Source: Caldithrix abyssi DSM 13497 (GTDB taxonomy: Bacteria > Electryoneota > AABM5-125-24 > Hatepunaeales > Hatepunaeaceae). From it: a stretch of 64,000 nucleotides of DNA. This document shows positions 41,434 to 52,742 of the stretch, piece by piece. Every line of letters begins with the position of its first letter. The first letter of the stretch is position 1. The DNA lies in the NCBI GenBank assembly GCA_945865405.1, contig CAMBDS010000003.1, forward strand, positions 12,374 to 76,373, written 5' to 3'. The notes under the pieces were generated by a model that saw nothing but the letters and a program-made list of their open reading frames with translations, made no database searches and was not told where the DNA came from. A program made the translations under genes and the position numbers.

Positions 41434-42732
41434 CTAATTATTAACTGAAAGAATCCAGCACTTCAAATACTCCGTCTCGGGATGTCCCGGCAGAATCGGA
41501 TGATCCGGCGCATGACTTCCCGTCGCGATGACCCGCACCCGCTTCCATTCCTGAAACGCCGCCCTGCCTATCACTTCAAGGTGTTTCTCCCGCGTCAACA
41601 AGTGCGAGCATGAGCACGTCACCAGCAGCCCTCCCGGCTTCACAACCCTAAGCGCAGCCCGGTTGATCGCAATGTAAGCGTTCACCCCTTGCGACACAGC
41701 CTGCCGGTTCGGGATAAGTGCCGGCGGATCGACAACCACCACATCCCACCGTTGTTTTCGCTTGGTTGCATCCTTCAGGAACTCCTCCACATCAGCCTGC
41801 ACGAACACAGCCCTATCTTCCAGCCCGTTCAGTGCCGCGTCTTCCTTCCCCCACGCAATCGCTTTTGACGACGAGTCAACCATCAACGCTTCCGCCGCCC
41901 CCGCCTGCAACGCCGTCAGCCCCCAGCCACCCGTGTACGAGTAAAGGTCAAGCACCTTCTGATTACCATTCCCGCGCAAGCGGGAATCGGCTTGACGCTC
42001 AGATATACTGCCACCTCCGTCATTCGTAATTCGTAATTCGTAATTCGTAATTGCCTGCGTCAGTAGGCTTCTATTTCCCCTCTGATCCAAAAAGTACCCC
42101 GTCTTCTGTCCTTCCTTGGGTCGTGCCGTGAACGTCAACCCCCCGCTCGCAAACAGCACCTTATCGGGCGTCATCCCGTAGATCTGCCGGTCTTCTTCGG
42201 CGAGCCCCTCCATCTTCCGGTACGGACTTTTTCCCTTAAAGTATATCCCCGCAGGCTTGACCACCTCCACCAGTGCCGCAACGACCTCATCCAGCCGCTT
42301 CTCGATCCCAACTGTCAGCGACTGCATCACAAGCTGATCCCCAAATCTATCGACTATCAGCCCCGGCAGCCCGTCGCTCTCTGAGTAAATTAAACGACAT
42401 GCATCAATTTTGGGGACTTCAACTTCATTGCCAGCAATTCGAAATTCGTAATTCGTAATTCGTAATTTTCTATACTCCCACGCCGCCCTGACCCTCCTCA
42501 AAATTAGCCCCCCATCCCAAACCTCTTCCCCTCTTGTCAACAACCTCACTGCGATCAGCGACTGCGGGTTGACGTACCCACGTCCCAGCACCGCTCCGCG
42601 CGCCTCGCACAACACCACCGCTTCCCCCGGCTCAAGTCCCTTCAGCGGTTCGACAATCTCTCCGGCGAACGCCCAGAGATGCCCGTTCTTGATTCGCGCT
42701 TCATGATTTGGCTTTAGATGAAGAGTTTTCAT
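41434..42732 (-). CDS. rlmI: RlmI-like class I SAM-dependent rRNA methyltransferase with two repeat-derived insertions
   Basis: PUA-like N-terminus, ESDGLPGL.VD, GQKTGYFLDQR, DLYSYTGG, DPP, CSCS. Confidence 0.88.
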   Translation of the reverse strand: MKTLHLKPNHEARIKNGHLWAFAGEIVEPLKGLEPGEAVVLCEARGAVLGRGYVNPQSLIAVRLLTRGEEVWDGGLILRRVRAAWEYRKLRITNYEFRIAGNEVEVPKIDACRLIYSESDGLPGLIVDRFGDQLVMQSLTVGIEKRLDEVVAALVEVVKPAGIYFKGKSPYRKMEGLAEEDRQIYGMTPDKVLFASGGLTFTARPKEGQKTGYFLDQRGNRSLLTQAITNYELRITNDGGGSISERQADSRLRGNGNQKVLDLYSYTGGWGLTALQAGAAEALMVDSSSKAIAWGKEDAALNGLEDRAVFVQADVEEFLKDATKRKQRWDVVVVDPPALIPNRQAVSQGVNAYIAINRAALRVVKPGGLLVTCSCSHLLTREKHLEVIGRAAFQEWKRVRVIATGSHAPDHPILPGHPETEYLKCWILSVNN

Positions 42733-43265
42733 GCCCGCGTCAAAACGTAGCAGTATTCATCGCTAGATGCGCCCTTAAAAAAGTCCGCATTGACCTTCAT
42801 TTCCCCCCGCTTAAACCCCAGTCTCTCCAGCAGTTTCATCGACGCGAGGTTCCGCGTGTCGCACTCGGCTCTGACCTCAGGCACCCCCGCTGTGAACAAC
42901 GCCTCAATCACCCGTTGGCAAGCCTCTGTCGCAAACCCATGCCGCCAGAACTGCACGCCAAACTCATACGCCATCAGCGCCCGCCCGTCCGCCTCAAGCG
43001 TCACCTGCACCACCCCCAGGCATTGCCGCCCCTCCTTCTGCCTCACCGCCCAGTTGAACCACCCCTCAGCCCCATCCGGCGACTGCCTTGCTTCCAAAAA
43101 CCGGAATCGTTCGGCGAGGGCTTCGACAGTTAACGGCGGCTCCTGTGGAATGAAGCTGTACATCCGGTAGTCCGAGTATATCTCGAACAGCTCCGCCGCG
43201 TGACCGGCTACCAGCGGTTCAAGCCATAGCCGTTCCGTATCGTAATATTTCTCACCGATTGGCAA
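42729..43265 (-). CDS. GNAT N-acetyltransferase (RimJ/RimL-like)
   Basis: TERL.L.P, WRHGFATEA, N.AS.KLLERLGF motifs. Confidence 0.9.
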   Translation of the reverse strand: MPIGEKYYDTERLWLEPLVAGHAAELFEIYSDYRMYSFIPQEPPLTVEALAERFRFLEARQSPDGAEGWFNWAVRQKEGRQCLGVVQVTLEADGRALMAYEFGVQFWRHGFATEACQRVIEALFTAGVPEVRAECDTRNLASMKLLERLGFKRGEMKVNADFFKGASSDEYCYVLTRA

Positions 43266-43277
43266 ATTTTACTCCCG

Positions 43278-44459
43278 TCAATCCTTCATCCTCACCACCA
43301 GCATCGTCATGTCGTCAAATTGAGGTCGCCCCTTCTGAAAATCTCTGCACTCGTCCAGGACATGCCTCGTCAACTCGTTCGCCGACCTGGCCGGATTGAT
43401 CTCAACCAATTTTGCCAGCCGTTCTTCGCCAAACTCCTCATCCGCGTTGTTAATCGCTTCTGTCACTCCATCAGTGTAAAGCACCAGCGAATCACCCGGT
43501 TCCAATGACAAAACCTCCGCCGAATAATCGACCCGCTCCATCACGCCCGCCACTAACGAATATGTCGTCTTAAGCTGCTTGACAGCCACTTCTCCATTCC
43601 GTACAGTCCGCAGGAACGGCATATTGTGCCCGGCAGAGGCAAAAATGAATCTGCCACTCTCAATATCGAGAATCCCGTAGAAAATGGTTATGAACATCGA
43701 AGCGCTCTGGTCAAAATAGACCAGACGTTCGTTGAACAGCCGCAGCACCTCATTCGGATAAGCCCCATCTCTGCTCAGCGTCCTGAAAAGCGTCCGGCAT
43801 CCCGACATGAATATCGCCGCAGGCACCCCCTTACCGGAAACGTCGCTGATGACGATCCCATAGCGTTGCGGATCTATCTGGAACACATCGAAATAGTCGC
43901 CGCCGATTTCCCGCGCCGGTTCGCAAGTCCCGTAAATATCTACTGTTGGCAGGTCGGGGAACTTGCCCGGCAGAAACCCCTTCTGGATATTCCACGCCAC
44001 CTGCAGTTCCGCCTCAGCCGCCATAGCTTTCGCCTGCTTTTCAGTGCTTGACTGCAAGCGATGAATGACGTTGTTTGCGCTCGAAAGCAACAGTTTGACT
44101 TGAATTTCGTGAGGTAACTGCGCCGGATCCTTTATGACGACGACGGTGCAGATACTCTTCGCCCGTACCGATGCCGATGTAGGCTCACCGGTCATTACCG
44201 ACATTTCGCCGAAAAGTGCTCCGGGGCTAAGGGTATCGATCAGAAAATGATCTTTACCGGTTGAGCTTCGCTTCCAGACTTCCGCTTTGCCGAGGTATAG
44301 GAATTGAAACCCGTCGGTCGTTTGGCCTTCTTCAAGGATCGTTTCTCCCGGCTCGAACGTCCTCATATCGACGATCTCGACGATGTGTTGGAGTTCATCA
44401 TCGGAAAAATTGCGAGTCAGCTCAAGCTGTTGAAAGAAGGCGATTATTGTTTTTTTCAT
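43278..44459 (-). CDS. cNMP-binding domain + SpoIIE/RsbU PP2C phosphatase
   Basis: LFGEMS in the N-terminal domain; GGDYFD, DVSGKG, YTDGVTEA, DDMT in the C-terminal domain. Confidence 0.9.
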   Translation of the reverse strand: MKKTIIAFFQQLELTRNFSDDELQHIVEIVDMRTFEPGETILEEGQTTDGFQFLYLGKAEVWKRSSTGKDHFLIDTLSPGALFGEMSVMTGEPTSASVRAKSICTVVVIKDPAQLPHEIQVKLLLSSANNVIHRLQSSTEKQAKAMAAEAELQVAWNIQKGFLPGKFPDLPTVDIYGTCEPAREIGGDYFDVFQIDPQRYGIVISDVSGKGVPAAIFMSGCRTLFRTLSRDGAYPNEVLRLFNERLVYFDQSASMFITIFYGILDIESGRFIFASAGHNMPFLRTVRNGEVAVKQLKTTYSLVAGVMERVDYSAEVLSLEPGDSLVLYTDGVTEAINNADEEFGEERLAKLVEINPARSANELTRHVLDECRDFQKGRPQFDDMTMLVVRMKD

Positions 44460-44490
44460 CTAAACTTACTTCTCTGTTCGATTTTTTATT

Positions 44491-44852
44491 GGGGAGGATA
44501 GACATTCCTGTCTGTCAGGAGGACGGATCACCGAATCCGTCCTGAACATTACTTACATAATACTCTCGTCATCGTCACAGATCTGTCAGCCCCAATCCAG
44601 TAAGGTTTAGAGGCGTGACCATGATCGTGAAAATTTGCGATCTTAAAAAACTTGAGAAAAAGTAGTGAATTTTATTGACTTTGCGAAGGGCAAGGGGGAA
44701 GGGTCCCAGTACCCGTCCCTATTCCCGTAGGACAGATGGTCCCCGCCTGTTAGTACGACAGACTTTAGTCTGTCACCTTACCGTACGGGCGAAGCTCGCC
44801 TTCGCCCTCAGCCTCGTGTAGGTTATCCGTCCCGGTTGACTAAGGAGGACGG
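44491..44852. repeat. Intergenic cluster of REP-like palindromes
   Basis: GACATTCCTGTCTGTC (cf. 63839-63867), AGGACGGAT-N6-ATCCGTCCT, GACAGACTTTAGTCTGTCACC (cf. about 24617-24634), GGGCGAAG...CTTCGCCC. Confidence 0.7.
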
Positions 44853-44871
44853 TTTTTTTTAACTACTGTCT

Positions 44872-46359
44872 CTAAAACGGAAGATTGTCTTCAACTTCAT
44901 CAGTCCCGTCGTTCGAACCATTGCTATGTAAAGCCGAGAAGAATCGTTTTACTCGAGGATCCACTTTCACATCAGATTCTCTTATCGCTCTTCCTAAGGT
45001 AATTCGTTCAAGCACCCTGCATCTGCTTAATGCAACATATACTTGCCCAGAAGCAAATGCCCCATTCCCAAGATCAATGTGAATATTTTCGATTGTTTTG
45101 CCTTGACTCTTGTGAATCGTGATCGCCCAAGCGAGCATAAGAGGATATTGAATATACCTACCTACGATAATGGGTTTTATTTTGTTCTCTGCTTCATTGA
45201 AGACAAACTCATAGTAATCCCACGACACCTTTTGAACGTCAAAAACCATTCCTTTATTCTCGTCTGATGTTACCTCAACCGAAATACTATCGATGCCGAA
45301 TGTCCGTATTTTGCCCAATGTGCCGTTAACCCATCGCTTATTTACATCATTCTTTGTAAACATGACCATAGAATCATTCTTAAGAGTCAAATTATCTGGA
45401 GAAGGGACTCTCTTATCTTTGGGAAATTTACCCTCAAATCGCCCTATAAACACTTTTGCTTCGCTTTGAAGCCGCATCAATTCGTCTTTGTTTATTTGGT
45501 CAGCATCTTTATTTGTACTACAGAGGGTTATCTGATTTACAATTTTCTCGCCTACCCGACTATTAAGAAGTGGAAGGACAACCGAAAGTCGTTCTCCAAC
45601 TCTAACCTGATCCAGAATGTCAATAAATGCTGAATCCTTCTGCCTGAATACTCGGGTCAATTCTATATGATCGATCTCTTGATTTTCCAAAAGTTTCGCA
45701 CTAAAGAAAAAGAACCCAGAAGAATATCCTAAGTTTATTAATACGCGTTGTTCTTCCTCGTCAGTTACCGGAGGAAGCTGAAAAAGATCACCAATGACAA
45801 GAACCGATACTCCACCAAAGGGGATGTTTTTTTGGCCGCGCTGGACTCTTAGAAATCGATCTATGCCATCCATTAGGTCTGCCCGTACCATTGAAATCTC
45901 ATCGACTATGAGTAGTTGGAGTTTTGCGAAAAGTTTTCTATCAGGAAGTGGTTTGATGTCCTCCGAGGTAATTATTCTAGGAGGAAATCTAAAAAAGGAA
46001 TGAATCGTCGATCCTTGAACATTCAGAGCAGCAACACCTGTTGGAGCCACTGTTGCCCAATTTCCTTTGAATTCGTGCCTAATATATCGAATAAGAGTTG
46101 ACTTACCTGTACCTGCCCTACCGCTGACAAATGTCAAGGGATTGCCAGCGCTAACAAGTTGCAAGATTTTCTGATACTCAGGAATAACCTCAATGTCTTC
46201 AATAGAATCAAAGAACTCAGAACTTCTCTTGACTTGCCCTGTGAGAGCGTCAACACTCCGCCTGACTTTATGTGCTGATTCGTCTACACTTCTGTTTAAT
46301 TCTCCAACTCGAGCAGTTGTGAATCCCAACGCCCGTTTGAGGTCATCCAATAATCCCAT
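44872..46359 (-). CDS. PIF1/RecD-like SF1B helicase
   Basis: GRAGTGKST, IVDEISMV, GDLFQLPP, AITIHKSQG, YVALSR motifs. Confidence 0.92.
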   Translation of the reverse strand: MGLLDDLKRALGFTTARVGELNRSVDESAHKVRRSVDALTGQVKRSSEFFDSIEDIEVIPEYQKILQLVSAGNPLTFVSGRAGTGKSTLIRYIRHEFKGNWATVAPTGVAALNVQGSTIHSFFRFPPRIITSEDIKPLPDRKLFAKLQLLIVDEISMVRADLMDGIDRFLRVQRGQKNIPFGGVSVLVIGDLFQLPPVTDEEEQRVLINLGYSSGFFFFSAKLLENQEIDHIELTRVFRQKDSAFIDILDQVRVGERLSVVLPLLNSRVGEKIVNQITLCSTNKDADQINKDELMRLQSEAKVFIGRFEGKFPKDKRVPSPDNLTLKNDSMVMFTKNDVNKRWVNGTLGKIRTFGIDSISVEVTSDENKGMVFDVQKVSWDYYEFVFNEAENKIKPIIVGRYIQYPLMLAWAITIHKSQGKTIENIHIDLGNGAFASGQVYVALSRCRVLERITLGRAIRESDVKVDPRVKRFFSALHSNGSNDGTDEVEDNLPF

Positions 46360-46554
46360 GTATCATTCCGTAAATTTTAACATCAACGGTCTAATGTGAC
46401 TTTTTCTGGTAATTTCTGCATCCTATTGGGGAATCCAATACTATTCCCACCCCAAAAAAACTCGCCTTCTTCCCATGCCTCTTCGCACCGATCCGATGAA
46501 CACGATAGTGCTCCGTCTGACTTCCGAAGATCCATAGATTTGCAAAAAGGGCTG

Positions 46555-46581
46555 TTTGAGGTCACAATCTGTGACCTCAAA
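46555..46581. repeat. Perfect 12-bp-arm palindrome
   Basis: TTTGAGGTCACA-ATC-TGTGACCTCAAA. Confidence 0.8.
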
Positions 46582-46620
46582 CGACTATCTCTATTCCAGC
46601 AACAAACTTCCGTTGTGATA

Positions 46621-47459
46621 TCAAACCTTCTTCCCAACCCTCAACCCCTTCCTGGCTTCCCCTTCCAGCTTTCGTTCCACTTTTTTCACGTCCTCTTCCG
46701 CTGGCAGACTTTCCGGCTTGATCCCTTGTTTGGTGAGCAACCCTCTCACCTCGTTGTTGTTTTAACATGCTCGCGGGTAATCGTAGGTTCTGTCGATATT
46801 TTGTTGTCGCGCCGGGTATTGAAAACGGTGATCTCATTGGCGAAATTCTTGGCGGATATGGTGATCGTCGGGAGGAAGTCGGCAAGCGGACGGTTAGCAG
46901 GAACGCCAAGTTTATCCTTCATCTCCTTCGTCGAGAAACCGCCGAACAACTCCTGATCGCCCTTGCTCCTGATTCGCGCAAAGCCCGCCTCATCGACGCC
47001 ACGTTCATAGATGAGTGCCGAGAGTTCATTTTCCGTCATGGCAAGCCGCTTTCGCGCCACAACCCGCTCGCGGAGCTTCAGGCGCTCCTCCAACAGCTCC
47101 TGCTTGCGTGTCTGCAATGCAAAGTAGGTCTGGGCGAAGGCGATGCGCTCCTTGCGCGGATCTCCATTCTGAGCAATCAGATAGCAGGCGTAGCGAGTCA
47201 GCAGGATGTCGTCAGCCTCCCTCTGTCCGCCCTTGCCAATCTCGATCATTTTGTTGACGTCAACAAAATGATCCGACACTGTATGTCCTGCATTTGCACA
47301 GGCTTCCTGAGCCTTTTCCACTACCTTGAGGAAATTTCTCCACTCAGAGTACTCTAGAAGCTTTTGATAATCCCGGGCATACCAAAACTCAACATCATCT
47401 TCACGATGAACTTTCTCCTCGAAACCTTCGACGAGACTCTTAATTAGATCGTTTTTCAT
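46621..47459 (-). pseudogene. dinD: DinD-like DNA-damage-inducible protein with a 1-nt frameshift near 46760
   Basis: WYARD, LTRYACYLIAQNGDP.K..IAFAQ.YFA, RSKGD motifs; adding one A restores EHVKNNNEVRGLLTKQGIKPESLPAEEDVKKVERKL to a stop at 46621. Confidence 0.75.
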
Positions 47460-47524
47460 TCATCGACACCAATCAGTTTCCTCTGATGGACTTGTCTGGA
47501 TGTTTCACGGCCTTCGGCTCCCGC

Positions 47525-49174
<1,650 letters not shown>

Positions 49175-49183
49175 TCAATAAGC

Positions 49184-49248
49184 TTGGAGGGCGGACTTCA
49201 GTCCGCCCTATGGGTAAAATAGCACTTGGAGGGCGGACTTTAGTCCGC
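49184..49248. repeat. Tandem pair of GGAG-class REP palindromes
   Basis: TTGGAGGGCGGACT(TC/TT)AGTCCGC twice; also at 24277, 33893, 62589 and 63903. Confidence 0.8.
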
Positions 49249-49287
49249 ACTGTTTTCGGTAGGACCGGATTCGAACTACCGTGGTGA

Positions 49288-49494
49288 TTAGTATCCACCT
49301 TCTCTGATTTTTTTATTTGTCAAGTAAGCCCACGCCTCATCCTCCTCAGCACTCAACCAATCCTCGGCCAGGAGGGGTTGCGCAAGAATCATAGCCTCAC
49401 GCAGTTCCGGATCGACGAGCAGCTTTTCTTCCGGTAAATCGTGAAGACGAGTCTCGATAAGTTCGTGTGTGTCTAAACCGCTTTTATGGGGCAT
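49288..49494 (-). CDS. Small antitoxin-like (DUF2281-type) protein, no adjacent toxin
   Basis: C-terminal DWLSAEEDEAWAYL motif. Confidence 0.55.
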   Translation of the reverse strand: MPHKSGLDTHELIETRLHDLPEEKLLVDPELREAMILAQPLLAEDWLSAEEDEAWAYLTNKKIREGGY

Positions 49495-49562
49495 TATCGT
49501 TCCGTAGCTAATTCGCTAATCTGTGAAATTCTGGATGAAAGTATCTCGTTTGATATAAAGGC

Positions 49563-50588
49563 TTATCGATTAGCCAAAATAACTCTATTTTGGCCAATCC
49601 CAGTTACAACTACGTATCTGTCAACAACAAGAACTCTTAGACAGGCCGACATACTTCCAGATGTTGGCTCGTATTCTCCAAGGCGTCTTACTAAGTCATC
49701 GTACGTAATTTTTCGTTCTCTCAAAATAATTGATTTCATTTTAGATATTTGAGTATCTGGATTTCTTAATTGCCTTCTATACTTATCAATGTATGGCGGT
49801 TCTCCCGAGACTATTCTTGGTTTAGGTGGCCCAACTATATGGTCTAAAGGCGGGGGCACGATAATTGGGGTTTCTTTTTCGATAATCGTAGGTTGTTTCT
49901 TGACATCTAACATTTCATTGATCTTTTCCTTTACAAAGTCTCTTATATCTCCAACTTTGAATTGAATATCAGGATGATTCGTACCAAGATTTTCTTGAAA
50001 TACTGGGATAAGCACCATAATAAAATCATCCTTTTTCTCGCTCATTTCCCTCCAGACATCGTTCATAGCGTTTCTTAGATTTTGGCGTTCATTGTCTCTT
50101 TGTTGTTGTCTTTTCGATTCTCCTTCTAAATCATCTATTTTATCAAATGAGATCATCGTCAAACGGTTTGCAGCATCAGCATCATTTTCCAACTCCAGAT
50201 CAACAGCCCAAATTTGATTATCCTCAAATCGAGTCCCTTCTTGAAACGTTCTATAAAGAACGTATCGAGAACCATCGGTCAAAAGTCCGTAACGAACCCC
50301 CTCGCTAACTAAGTACCGGGCAAGTTGCCTAATAATTTCCGAATTGAACGGAGAGCCGAGCTTTTTAACTTCGATAAGAAGCTTCTTGCGACCTTCTTTT
50401 CTTAACGTGTAGTCTGGGCGACCATCAATTCCCCTCATTTGAGGAATGATGGAATATGGACTCCAGCCAAGAGTATGAAGTAATGGAAGCACTAAATGGT
50501 CGCATACTGCTTGCTCAGTGCCTGAATATAAAGAGCGCTCTTCATCGATGGCTTCCAATACTTCTTTGATCGCGTCTTCAATTAACAT
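49563..50588 (-). CDS. HsdR N-terminal-like (PD-D/ExK) nuclease-domain protein
   Basis: E..V...L..PLL..LGW, RPDYTL, IEVKK, QL.RY, LTDG; AT-rich coding. Confidence 0.8.
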   Translation of the reverse strand: MLIEDAIKEVLEAIDEERSLYSGTEQAVCDHLVLPLLHTLGWSPYSIIPQMRGIDGRPDYTLRKEGRKKLLIEVKKLGSPFNSEIIRQLARYLVSEGVRYGLLTDGSRYVLYRTFQEGTRFEDNQIWAVDLELENDADAANRLTMISFDKIDDLEGESKRQQQRDNERQNLRNAMNDVWREMSEKKDDFIMVLIPVFQENLGTNHPDIQFKVGDIRDFVKEKINEMLDVKKQPTIIEKETPIIVPPPLDHIVGPPKPRIVSGEPPYIDKYRRQLRNPDTQISKMKSIILRERKITYDDLVRRLGEYEPTSGSMSACLRVLVVDRYVVVTGIGQNRVILANR

Positions 50589-50623
50589 TGTCTCCTCCCT
50601 TATGGTTAGAGCGTTCTGTCTCG

Positions 50624-50968
50624 TTAGGATACATAAATCACCCTTGACTCTGACAGTATCGATTCCCTACGATAAGGATTCCGACTCCGTTCCACCGCCC
50701 GTCTTGTCAACAGATCAACTTCCCGTCCGAAGACTGCAACAAGCTCATCGCGCATATGTCCCATATCAAATAACGTCCAGTGAGCATCTTCAGTCCATGA
50801 AACCATCACATCAACATCGCTCTTCGGCCCAAAATCATCTCTGAGTACTGACCCAAATAACGACAGTTCCGTAATCTTCCACTTTTTGATAAAGTTCATC
50901 AACTGACGTTCCGTTATCCCCAGCCTCCGCAACTGTTCTGCCTCTATCTTCAAACCGTCCCTACTCAT
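50624..50968 (-). CDS. Minimal nucleotidyltransferase (MntA-like) without a downstream HEPN partner
   Basis: LFGSVLRDDFGPKSDVDV; GREVDL motifs. Confidence 0.88.
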   Translation of the reverse strand: MSRDGLKIEAEQLRRLGITERQLMNFIKKWKITELSLFGSVLRDDFGPKSDVDVMVSWTEDAHWTLFDMGHMRDELVAVFGREVDLLTRRAVERSRNPYRRESILSESRVIYVS

Positions 50969-52716
50969 AAGCCCTCCCCCACATCGATGATTCTCGTCTC
51001 GCCAACATACTTCTTTGATTTGTAAGTTGTCGTTCGGGAAAGTCTCCCTGTAATCTCGATCATTCTTGTCGCCGAATTCAGAATCTTCTCAACTGTTTTG
51101 GCAACTTCGATATTGTCGGGAAACCTATATAACAGCAACTCGGTCGCAGTCACAATAACTTGCATCGGTTGGTTGATCTCATGGCTAAACGCTCCCGCCA
51201 TCTCCAACATCCCCTCCAGCTTTTCTCGCTCACGCCTCGCTTCGTCAGCCTCTAGCTGTATCGTGATGTCCTGCAACGTTCCCGACAACCTTTTACCTCC
51301 TGTACCATCTGTCACCCACTCCCCTAAAATATGGAAGGTAGGTATCCGGCCATTATCCTGACGGTTTGCACGTCCAATCACATCGACAATGGAATTCCAC
51401 TCAAACGCCGATCGGAAAGACTTCCGCACCTGACCGCGATCCGCCGAGTGAATCCTTGTTAAAAACTGTTCGAGGGAACAATCACCTTCATGATCCTGTC
51501 GATTCATCAGCCGGTAAAACTCCTCTGATCCCGAAAAAGCGTCCCGTTCCGTATCCCAACTAAAACTTCCCACCCGCGCCATTCGCTGCGCCTTGACAAG
51601 TTCCACACTCTTGATCCGCTCAATTTCAGCTTCTTGTTTGACACGTTCCGTTTCGGCTTGAGCAAGCAGCCTTCGCTCCTGTTCTTCGATGGAAGTTGTG
51701 GTCAATTGTTCGCGCAGATCGTAAGCACGTTTGATATGTTCAAGAGCTGTTTTATAGTCACCAAGCTTTTCATGCACTTCAGCCAGACTCTCTTCGATCT
51801 TCAGCACACCTTTTTTTGATCCCGTTGGCTGCACTACTAATAAAGCTTCATTAAGCAGTTCTATTGCCTCAGCCTGGTTACCGTTAACTGATTTCAGCAT
51901 CGCAATATTCAGCAACGCCATCGCAATGTTGTAGGGATCCCCAACTTCACGCCTTAAACTCAAAGATTCTTCAAGGTAACCAATCGCTTCCTCGAGCCTA
52001 TTGTCACGCTTAAGTATGATTCCGATATTGTTGAGAATATCAGAGATAAGCAGCTTATTGCCTATGCCTTTCTCTATTTCAAGGCTTAATAGCAAACACT
52101 TCAATGCTTCCCGATGGTCGCCTAATTGACTGTGCGAAGCACCAAGTTCACGATAAGTTTGCGCAAGAGTAGATGTCTTTTTCTCGGGATCCTGTAAGCT
52201 TAATCCCCGCTTAACCGACTCTAAACCCCTCTCAAATTGCCCCGATTCACGGTAGAGCTGGCCTAAATTCAGAAACGCTATCGCCTGCTTGCTCTTGTCC
52301 CCCAATTTCTCGGCGATCTTTGAAGCTTGGAGCGTCAATTCGAGTGCCGTTGCTAATCTGCCATTCGCGATCTCTATTCCACTGAGTAAGTTTAACAAGC
52401 TAAATTGCAAATGTTTGTCGTCGATCTCACGCGCAATAATCTGAGCTTTTGTTGCATAACTAATACTTGATTCAAACTTCCCGGCCGCATAATCAGTCCA
52501 ACCAAGCTTAAAATATGACTTTGCAATCCCTTGTCTGTCATTGGATCTTAGCGAAAGCTCCAAAGCTTCCCCGGCAAGAACTCGCGCCTGTTCCTGGTCG
52601 GAATAGATGTGCTTCTCTGCGTCGCGGAGCAAAATTTCTAAACGCTCTTGATGTGGCTGCTGAGTTGCTATAGGAATCTGTAATCCCGGTTCTGCGTTCG
52701 GATCAGACAATTCCAC
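50965..52716 (-). CDS. TPR repeats + PAS + HisKA dimerisation domain, no HATPase domain
   Basis: Repeated LNNIG/NLG TPR helices; VGSFSWD PAS; FSHEINQPM H-box near the C-terminus. Confidence 0.8.
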   Translation of the reverse strand: MELSDPNAEPGLQIPIATQQPHQERLEILLRDAEKHIYSDQEQARVLAGEALELSLRSNDRQGIAKSYFKLGWTDYAAGKFESSISYATKAQIIAREIDDKHLQFSLLNLLSGIEIANGRLATALELTLQASKIAEKLGDKSKQAIAFLNLGQLYRESGQFERGLESVKRGLSLQDPEKKTSTLAQTYRELGASHSQLGDHREALKCLLLSLEIEKGIGNKLLISDILNNIGIILKRDNRLEEAIGYLEESLSLRREVGDPYNIAMALLNIAMLKSVNGNQAEAIELLNEALLVVQPTGSKKGVLKIEESLAEVHEKLGDYKTALEHIKRAYDLREQLTTTSIEEQERRLLAQAETERVKQEAEIERIKSVELVKAQRMARVGSFSWDTERDAFSGSEEFYRLMNRQDHEGDCSLEQFLTRIHSADRGQVRKSFRSAFEWNSIVDVIGRANRQDNGRIPTFHILGEWVTDGTGGKRLSGTLQDITIQLEADEARREREKLEGMLEMAGAFSHEINQPMQVIVTATELLLYRFPDNIEVAKTVEKILNSATRMIEITGRLSRTTTYKSKKYVGETRIIDVGEGL

Positions 52717-52742
52717 CTCGATAAAGTCGAATAAAGTTAATT

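Noticed and set aside
46383-46637. ORF with LRSQIVTSN, reminiscent of ORF6N proteins
   Set aside because: The peptide is just the translation of the 46555-46581 palindrome; no flanking ORF6N sequence.
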